NCBI GenBank assembly: GCA_004431415.1
Contig: QPMI01000010.1
Location: 496,001-560,000 of the forward strand
From: Cyanophora paradoxa CCMP329
Taxonomy: Eukaryota; Plantae; Glaucophyta
Length of the DNA: 64,000 nucleotides
Direction: 5' to 3'
Position numbers and translations under genes: made by a program. A model generated the notes under the pieces. That model ran no database searches, was not told where the DNA came from, and saw only the letters and a program-made list of their open reading frames with translations. This document shows, piece by piece, positions 58,340-64,000 of the stretch (the stretch's first letter is position 1; each line of letters begins with the position of its first letter).

Positions 58340-58561
58340 TTCTTAATTTGGGGAGGGACTTAGAAATACTGCCCGTGAGCTCCCTGTCGCGGATCCTGCG
58401 AAAATCGGCGAAGAGGCCGCGCGCGCAGCGCCTGCAGACGAGGCGGGCCCGCCCGCCCACGCGCGCCACCGTGATCTCGTGGCCGAACTGCAGGTGGCCC
58501 GGGAAGCAGGTGGGGGGGTAGTCGCAGACGAAGCAGTGGCAGGGGCAGTTGCGCCGCCGAA

Positions 58562-58957
58562 TTACATCTGAACTGCAATCGCGGGCTCGCTCGCCGCCTT
58601 CTTCGGCGCGCGCTGGCGCTTCGGGACTTGGCTCTCGGCGGGCGCCGAGTCGTCCGCCGGGGCCGCCGTCTTCTTGACGCGGGGCGCCGCGGGGGGCTTC
58701 GGGACCGTAGGGGCTGCCGGTGCCTGGCTCGAGCCGGCGGCCGGGCCAGTGGCGTGGGCCACCTGCGGGCGCTGCGGCGGGGGGCTGGTCTCCCGGGCCC
58801 CCTCCTCGAGGACCCGGCGCATGAAGCGCGAGACCCGGCCGCTGCATTGCGTGCAGGAGCCGACGGCCACCTGGCGGTTGTTCTTGCTGGTACGCACCTC
58901 GACGTTGGCGAGCTTGGTGTTGGAACGGCACTTGAAGCAGTAGTGGGCGTGCTCCAT
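58562..58957 (-). CDS. zinc-ribbon protein, DUF5679-like, with basic Pro/Ala tail
   Basis: YCFKCR...TSKNNR..AVGSCTQCSGRVSRF. Confidence 0.75.
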   Translation of the reverse strand: MEHAHYCFKCRSNTKLANVEVRTSKNNRQVAVGSCTQCSGRVSRFMRRVLEEGARETSPPPQRPQVAHATGPAAGSSQAPAAPTVPKPPAAPRVKKTAAPADDSAPAESQVPKRQRAPKKAASEPAIAVQM

Positions 58958-58958
58958 G

Positions 58959-59126
58959 CTAGCTACGGGGATGTAAGCAGCCTTCAGAAAAAAGTGCGTA
59001 GTAGCGGACGGCGCACCGGGCGCAGCAGACGTAGACGCCCGCCTTGAGCACCCAGCCGCGCTTGGTCTGCGGCAGGCGGCAGATTTTGCAGCAGAGGGGC
59101 CTCGGCTTACGGCATGAGGATCCCAT
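58959..59126 (-). CDS. 55-aa Cys-rich zinc-finger microprotein (not in the ORF track)
   Basis: MGSSCRKPRPLCCKICRLPQTKRGWVLKAGVYVCCARCAVRYYALFSEGCLHPRS*; upstream GATTTCTGG; fills the gap between two genes. Confidence 0.55.
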   Translation of the reverse strand: MGSSCRKPRPLCCKICRLPQTKRGWVLKAGVYVCCARCAVRYYALFSEGCLHPRS

Positions 59127-59144
59127 CTGCGGGCCCTCCAGAAA

Positions 59145-59621
59145 TCACAACGGATTGAGGGCGGCGTAGAGGGCGATTAAGTAGGCGTCGCAGAGGTCAT
59201 CGAGCTTCCCGTTTCGATCCGCGATATCGGCAAGCTCGGCGGGTACAAGGTCGCGGCACTTGTCCACGGCGCCGCGCTTACGCTCCTTGTAGCTCGGGTT
59301 CGAGATCTTGAAGAAGTGCTTGATGGCGCGCGGGCTCACGATGCGCGCACGCCCGTACAGGAGGGCGTGGAGCGTGCACTCGATGCAACGATTAATTCCC
59401 GTCCTCTGGCCCTCGATCGCGATCTGGTCGGGAAGGCCGAAGGCGCTATGGCCGCGAGTAACCTCAACCAGGCGCGCCACAAGGCGGCCACAGCAGCGCG
59501 CAGACGGGAAGAGGGCGATCTTTTGCCAGTCGAGAATCTGGGATTCCTTTGTCTGCGGATCGAATTCGATGAGGCACCAGGCGAAATTAATGACCCCCAC
59601 ATCCACGCCGAGAATCTTCAT
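59145..59621 (-). CDS. RuvC-like Holliday junction resolvase (poxvirus A22 family)
   Basis: MKILGVDVGVINFAW, IAIEGQ, YKERKRGAV, KLDDLCDAYL. Confidence 0.92.
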   Translation of the reverse strand: MKILGVDVGVINFAWCLIEFDPQTKESQILDWQKIALFPSARCCGRLVARLVEVTRGHSAFGLPDQIAIEGQRTGINRCIECTLHALLYGRARIVSPRAIKHFFKISNPSYKERKRGAVDKCRDLVPAELADIADRNGKLDDLCDAYLIALYAALNPL

Positions 59622-59658
59622 TCCGAGGTCACAAGAAAATCTGAATGAAGGGGGTAAA

Positions 59659-60720
59659 ATGGCCAAGGACCCCAAGAAGCCGAAGAAGCCGAAGGCGGCC
59701 AAGCCCCAGGCCGCCCAGCCCCAGGGCACCGCCCCCGCCCCCGCCGGCCAGGCCACCGGCTCGGGCTCGGGCACCGCCCCCGCCGCCGGCGCCAGCTGCG
59801 CGATGGGCATGACGGAGGACGGCATGCAGCTCACGCCCGAGCAGGTCAACGCCTTCCTCGACAACTCGAAGACGGGCGGCATCGAGCGCATGGCCTGCCT
59901 GCCGGAACTTAAGTGGTTCGACGTGAACACCGTGAAGTCCGACGCCACCGTCGTGTGCGTGGGCAAGCGGCGCACGGGCAAGTCCTTCTTCCTTCGCGAT
60001 CTCATGTTCAACCTCTCGGGCACCTTCCCTGGGGGTATCGTGATCAGCCAGACCGATCGCCTGAACGGGTACTGGAAGCAGTACATACCCCAGCGCTTCA
60101 TCTGGCCCAAGTACAACCCGGGCGTGCTCTTCCATCTATTCAGGAGGCAGCAGGCGATCATGCAGCACAACAAGTCGGAAGACGTGCTGGCGGGAAAGGA
60201 AGATCCCGTCGACCCGCGATTTTTCGTGCTGCTCGACGACGTGATTTCCGACGCGCGGCTGCGGTACGACGAGGCCCTCAACGAGCTGTTCGTGGCGGGG
60301 CGCCACTACAAAATCATGACCCTTATCACGACGCAGTATGCCAAGGGCATCAATCCCGTCCTGCGCTCCAATACTGATCTGGCTGTCATTTTCAAGTGCT
60401 CGCAGGCGATGCAGCGCGAGGCCCTCGCAAAGGAGTGGGGCGACATCATATCCCAGCGCGCCTTCTACTACCTGCTCGATAAATACACGCAGGATAACCA
60501 CTGCCTTATCATCGATTCTTCCAACAACTCTACGAACCCTCTGGACGTCCTGTACGTCTACAAGGCCGAGGAGCCGCCCCCGTTCCGAATCGGATCCAAG
60601 GAGTACTGGGAGGGCGAAACCGTCAACGGGGAAAATCTCGTGGGTCCGGACGACGGCACGGTGGACAAGACGCTCCTCGGCATGATAGATAATTTCAGGA
60701 AGCACCGCGGCCTCGCCTGA
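59659..60720 (+). CDS. A32-like genome packaging ATPase
   Basis: Walker A GKRRTGKS, Walker B FVLLDD, LFVAGRHYKI..TTQY..INPVLRSNTD. Confidence 0.95.
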   Translation: MAKDPKKPKKPKAAKPQAAQPQGTAPAPAGQATGSGSGTAPAAGASCAMGMTEDGMQLTPEQVNAFLDNSKTGGIERMACLPELKWFDVNTVKSDATVVCVGKRRTGKSFFLRDLMFNLSGTFPGGIVISQTDRLNGYWKQYIPQRFIWPKYNPGVLFHLFRRQQAIMQHNKSEDVLAGKEDPVDPRFFVLLDDVISDARLRYDEALNELFVAGRHYKIMTLITTQYAKGINPVLRSNTDLAVIFKCSQAMQREALAKEWGDIISQRAFYYLLDKYTQDNHCLIIDSSNNSTNPLDVLYVYKAEEPPPFRIGSKEYWEGETVNGENLVGPDDGTVDKTLLGMIDNFRKHRGLA

Positions 60721-60746
60721 TTTTTTCTGAGGCTACGTGCGTAACC

Positions 60747-61091
60747 ATGTCGCCCAGCGCCCACATCGCCTCCGTCTTCCGCGTCGAGTCCATCGCCTAC
60801 GACTGCCTCCTGGAGGCCAGCCTTGACCCCTCCTCGCCCTTTAACGACGGCGAGGTCAGCAGCGCCCTGGAGAGGATCTGCGACGCGCTGGGAATTAATT
60901 GGGAGCGCCTGACCGCGGAGGCGGCGGACGAGGCCGCGGCCGAGTCGCTGGGGAGCGAGGATTCCAGCTCGGAAGAGATGACAGACGAAGAGGGAGACAG
61001 GGTTATTTACGTGCGCGACCCGGACGACTTTGCAACCTCGGAATCGAGCTCGGAAGAGGAGGAGACTGAGGACGAGGACTCCGACGCCTAG
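60747..61091 (+). CDS. acidic viral hypothetical protein
   Basis: 114 aa; upstream ATTTTTTCTGA. Confidence 0.65.
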   Translation: MSPSAHIASVFRVESIAYDCLLEASLDPSSPFNDGEVSSALERICDALGINWERLTAEAADEAAAESLGSEDSSSEEMTDEEGDRVIYVRDPDDFATSESSSEEEETEDEDSDA

Positions 61092-61126
61092 GCGCGCCCC
61101 TTAAAAATTTCCGAGGCCCCAGGAAA

Positions 61127-61471
61127 ATGTCAAAGGTGCTCCTAGGGCTCTCCCAGGCTATCGTGCAGTACGCCCTCGGCCTGGCATCCGGCTCCCTCAT
61201 CGACGCCGCCTTCTCCTCGCACGAAGGCGAAAATAGGGCGGGCCACGCGGCCGAGCTCGCCGCGCAAGTCGCCGTCAACGGCCTCTCCCTCGGCCTGCTC
61301 TCGAAATACGTGCTCACCCTCAAGTTCTTCGACGACGACCCCACGGGCGGAATTATGTTCATCCTCGGATTTACACACGGGCAGACGAACATGCTAATCA
61401 AGGCTACCAGCGCTAGCTTCGGAATCAAGCAGGCGCTCGAGCGGAAGGCCGCCGCGATCACTAAAGAGTAG
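61127..61471 (+). CDS. viral membrane protein
   Basis: 114 aa with 2-3 hydrophobic segments; upstream AAATTTCCGA. Confidence 0.65.
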   Translation: MSKVLLGLSQAIVQYALGLASGSLIDAAFSSHEGENRAGHAAELAAQVAVNGLSLGLLSKYVLTLKFFDDDPTGGIMFILGFTHGQTNMLIKATSASFGIKQALERKAAAITKE

Positions 61472-62302
61472 CTAAAGAGTAGGAAAGAAATGCCAGTCGT
61501 TGTACTCGCAGATCCTGTTCCAAATCGAATCTAACTCCGAGAGTTTCTGCCTGCTCTTGAGCAAGGGAAAATAGGGGAGGTGCTGGGGCAAATCTAGCAG
61601 CACGAAAATCTGCCTGAAAACGTAGTTGTAGTTGAGCATGTTCTTCCTGCCCTGCGACTTGAACATGCTGAAGGGGACCTCCACCAGGGCGAACATCTCC
61701 TGCACCCGGTCCATATCCTCCGCGCTCATCGGAGGCGGGCGCTCGCCCGTGATGCGCCACTTGATCTGCGCCCAGCGCTCGATGTACTTCTGCTGCTTCA
61801 GAGCCCGGAGAACTTGGCGGATATTGTCTTTGCTCCACTCCTTCCCTGCCATGCGCCGCGCAATAGCTGCCAGCACGTCCTCGGGTACAGGAGAATCCTC
61901 CAGGCAGTGCTGCTTAAGTCGCTCAGATACGTGGTACTTCCGCAGGTAGTTGCTGTGGATTTCGCTGACAGCCAGGGGTTGATGGTCCGGATAATAAAAA
62001 TCCAGGACCAGACCGCAGCCTTGGCAAACCAGATCCCCATCCAGGTGAACACCAACGAGGGCGGTAGAGCCGCAATTTCCGCAGGGGACAGCGGCTTCGC
62101 CTTGGGGGCCTTGGGTGCGACGGTTGCGCTTGCGGGGGCGCTCTCCGGCTCCAAGGTAGGAACTGGTGATGGCGGCGGCGGCGGCGGGGTACGGTGCCGG
62201 AGTGTCGAAGTCTGGGTCCCCCTCGTCGTGAAGGATGGCGCCGTAGCGCTGGATCTGCTCAAAGTTTCGGAGGAGGAGATCGATTTCGCCAGAGTCTGCC
62301 AT
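61472..62302 (-). CDS. viral late transcription factor 3 (VLTF3, poxvirus A2-like) with TFIIB-type zinc ribbon
   Basis: CGNCGS..DGDLVCQGCG, YLRKYHVSERL, KYIERWAQI, RKNMLNYNYVFRQIF..L..YFPLLKSRQKL..D.IWNRIC...W.FFPTL. Confidence 0.93.
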   Translation of the reverse strand: MADSGEIDLLLRNFEQIQRYGAILHDEGDPDFDTPAPYPAAAAAITSSYLGAGERPRKRNRRTQGPQGEAAVPCGNCGSTALVGVHLDGDLVCQGCGLVLDFYYPDHQPLAVSEIHSNYLRKYHVSERLKQHCLEDSPVPEDVLAAIARRMAGKEWSKDNIRQVLRALKQQKYIERWAQIKWRITGERPPPMSAEDMDRVQEMFALVEVPFSMFKSQGRKNMLNYNYVFRQIFVLLDLPQHLPYFPLLKSRQKLSELDSIWNRICEYNDWHFFPTL

Positions 62303-62534
62303 TCCTCCGAGTCCTCGTACTGCAGCTGAGCTACGCCCTTGCAGAAGTAGCAAACTGGCTTCACGCAATCGAGTGGGTCCCAGCCGCAGGTGAGCCCGCA
62401 GATGTGACAGAAGGCGTTGCTCAGGTGATTCATGTGAGGCTCAGGTGATCGCTCAGGTGAGGCGCAGGCGTACCCCGGGGCCCCACGTGGAAGCTCACCC
62501 TAGCCTCGGAAAATTTTCTAGGCCTTGGTCTGAC

Positions 62535-63392
62535 ATGCTCAACCTCATCGCGAGGGGCGTAGCAGCAAACAGGCAAGCCCGCGCTCCGAACCCGCACCTC
62601 CGCATGGACGCCTCCGGCCGCTCCCGGGTAGAGACTCACATCGTGGTGGGCAACATCAACGACAAGGTGCTGGCGCCCGACAAGACGTGGTTCCAGAAGG
62701 TGCTGGACGCGGCGCCCACCAAGACCTTCACGACGCCGTCCGGGGTAGTCGAGCAGAGGCCGCAGCGCGAGTCGAATTTTATGCTCACCATCCAGACCAA
62801 CTACAAGCCCCGGAGCAGGGGAGAAGGCTCCAAGGTTCAAGACGCCTTTTACAGGGGGCTGGAGGCCCTCTTCTACGACGACAGGCAGCTGGCAAAGTGC
62901 ATAAAGATGGGGGTATACGCGGACAAGGCGAACCCCAAGGGTCTCGATTTTAAATCGGACATGTACGACACGCACGTGGAGAAGGGCAACGCGAACATCG
63001 GCATCGAGTACGGGCCGAGGTCGGGGCGGCTACACGCGCACATCCTGCTCACGCTGGTGCACTACTCGCGCGTGCAATTCGACGGCAAGAAGGCGTCGGA
63101 TTTCCTCATCAAGTTCATGCAAACGGAGGGGCAGGGCGGCCTGCCGAATTTCTACAAGGACGACTGGTTCGGAGAGGAGTACCAGAAGACGGCGGTGCGG
63201 CCGATACGGAGAAAGGACGCCCTCGGCATGCAGTGGACGGGCAAGGAGACGGGCTACAGGAAGCGAGAAACCGCCAGGCAGATGCACGTAGACGTAAAAT
63301 TGCTACCGCAGAGCAACCTTAAGGATCTGCTGCAGCTGTACATTACGAAGACGGTAGAGGCCCTCGAGACGGGCGCTGTAAAGCTCGTGTAA
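62535..63392 (+). CDS. HUH-superfamily rolling-circle replication initiator endonuclease (Rep)
   Basis: Motif I FMLTIQTN, motif II IEYGPRSGRLHAHILL, motif III LYITKT; upstream AAATTTTCTAG. Confidence 0.85.
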   Translation: MLNLIARGVAANRQARAPNPHLRMDASGRSRVETHIVVGNINDKVLAPDKTWFQKVLDAAPTKTFTTPSGVVEQRPQRESNFMLTIQTNYKPRSRGEGSKVQDAFYRGLEALFYDDRQLAKCIKMGVYADKANPKGLDFKSDMYDTHVEKGNANIGIEYGPRSGRLHAHILLTLVHYSRVQFDGKKASDFLIKFMQTEGQGGLPNFYKDDWFGEEYQKTAVRPIRRKDALGMQWTGKETGYRKRETARQMHVDVKLLPQSNLKDLLQLYITKTVEALETGAVKLV

Positions 63393-63415
63393 TTTTTTTC
63401 TTGTAGCCAATAAAT

Positions 63416-64000
63416 ATGCCTCCGAAGCGCCGAGGCCGTAAGAAGAAGCCGGAGAGCGAGTCCGAGGGGTCGGCGTACGAGGAAGAGGAGGAGAAGCCAG
63501 AGTCGGAATCAGAGGAAGAGGTAGAAGAGGAAGAGGCCGAGGATGAGCCAAAGCCAAAGGGGAAGCGGGGGAAGAAGATGAAGGAAAAGAAATACAACGA
63601 GCTCGATATGCCCATAGTCGAAATTCCAAAGCGGGCCGTGCTGGTCGAGGGCGAAAACGGGCAGATCATCGAAATGCAGAAGGGCATCCCGGATGTAGTT
63701 AAAATTCTCGAGGATCCGATCACGCGCGTACAGGTACCGGAAACCACTGCGCTCGACGCCTACTACGAAGATGCAACGTTCTGGAGCATCCACAGCAAGC
63801 AGTTCTACGACGCGCTGCCCGAGGAGCGGCTGCGGGCCATCCCGCGCGCCTTCCAGAGCGCCCAAAAATCGCCGCCCGTCTGCTACCGCTGCCTGCGCCT
63901 CATGTACGAAATCCCGAGCATACCCCGCAAAAAGGGTACCGCGGAGGCCGTCGCGGAGGCGACCGCGAAGAAGGAGGCCGCGTACGCCGATTACGCGAAA
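63416..64000 (+). CDS. ORF truncated by the window end, possibly VLTF2 (poxvirus A1-like)
   Basis: MPPKRRGRKKK (NLS-like), acidic tract, then PVCYRCLRLMYEIPSIP resembling the first CxxC of VLTF2; upstream ATTTTTTTCTT. Confidence 0.45.
   Translation, partial: MPPKRRGRKKKPESESEGSAYEEEEEKPESESEEEVEEEEAEDEPKPKGKRGKKMKEKKYNELDMPIVEIPKRAVLVEGENGQIIEMQKGIPDVVKILEDPITRVQVPETTALDAYYEDATFWSIHSKQFYDALPEERLRAIPRAFQSAQKSPPVCYRCLRLMYEIPSIPRKKGTAEAVAEATAKKEAAYADYAK

Larger units (their letters stand above)
32990..64000. mobile_element. endogenous viral element: small Nucleocytoviricota-related (mriyavirus-like) provirus; left boundary approximate, right end beyond window
   Basis: Dense, mostly intronless ORFs encoding NCLDV-type MCP, A32 ATPase, VLTF3, HUH Rep, SF3 helicase, RuvC, SSB, YqaJ and DUF5767, contiguous with host GMP synthase; shared upstream motif. 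Confidence 0.88.

Noticed and set aside
59308-59658. Extended N-terminus of the ATPase (and of RuvC from 60281) in the ORF track
   Set aside because: The extensions overlap the opposite-strand gene; starts at 59659 and 59621 fit the domain boundaries and the shared motif
62535-63392. Helitron or CRESS-virus insertion
   Set aside because: No fused PIF1 or SF3 helicase; the gene carries the same upstream motif as its viral neighbours
32990-64000. Polinton, polinton-like virus or virophage assignment
   Set aside because: No pPolB, rve or tyrosine integrase, or adenain-type protease seen; the MCP is NCLDV-type, and VLTF3, RuvC and HUH Rep are present

Overview
GC-rich eukaryotic nuclear DNA with many short (about 50-70 nt) spliceosomal introns, many with GC donors. 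The host is a flagellated, plastid-bearing protist; a 'MAF...' transit peptide on APS reductase suggests a glaucophyte such as Cyanophora (inference). Positions 1 to ~32.9 kb are host chromosome: a MITE, tRNA-Arg(CCG) plus a decayed copy, an inverted partial duplicate of a WBP4/ZOP1-like gene, a GPI-type surface protein, an F-box protein, WBP4-like U1 zinc finger, APS reductase, tRNA-Gly(GCC), NOT3 (with four intronic box C/D snoRNAs), enkurin and GMP synthase. From ~33 kb to the window end (at least 31 kb, right end not visible) lies an endogenous small Nucleocytoviricota-type virus with a mriyavirus-like (Yaravirus/Gamadvirus) gene set: double jelly-roll MCP, A32 packaging ATPase, VLTF3, probable VLTF2, HUH Rep endonuclease, SF3 helicase, RuvC/A22 resolvase, DUF2738-type SSB, YqaJ nuclease, DUF5767 and a GNAT. 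No DNA polymerase, RNA polymerase or integrase is visible. Its helicase and two neighbouring large genes carry host-style spliceosomal introns. Nearly all viral ORFs share an ATTTTC(T) motif about 15-40 nt upstream of the ATG. An iteron-like, AT-rich region with three NAGTATTAT nonamers is a candidate rolling-circle origin, and a 5'-truncated non-LTR retrotransposon is inserted next to it. All assignments come from motif recognition by eye; exon boundaries are approximate.
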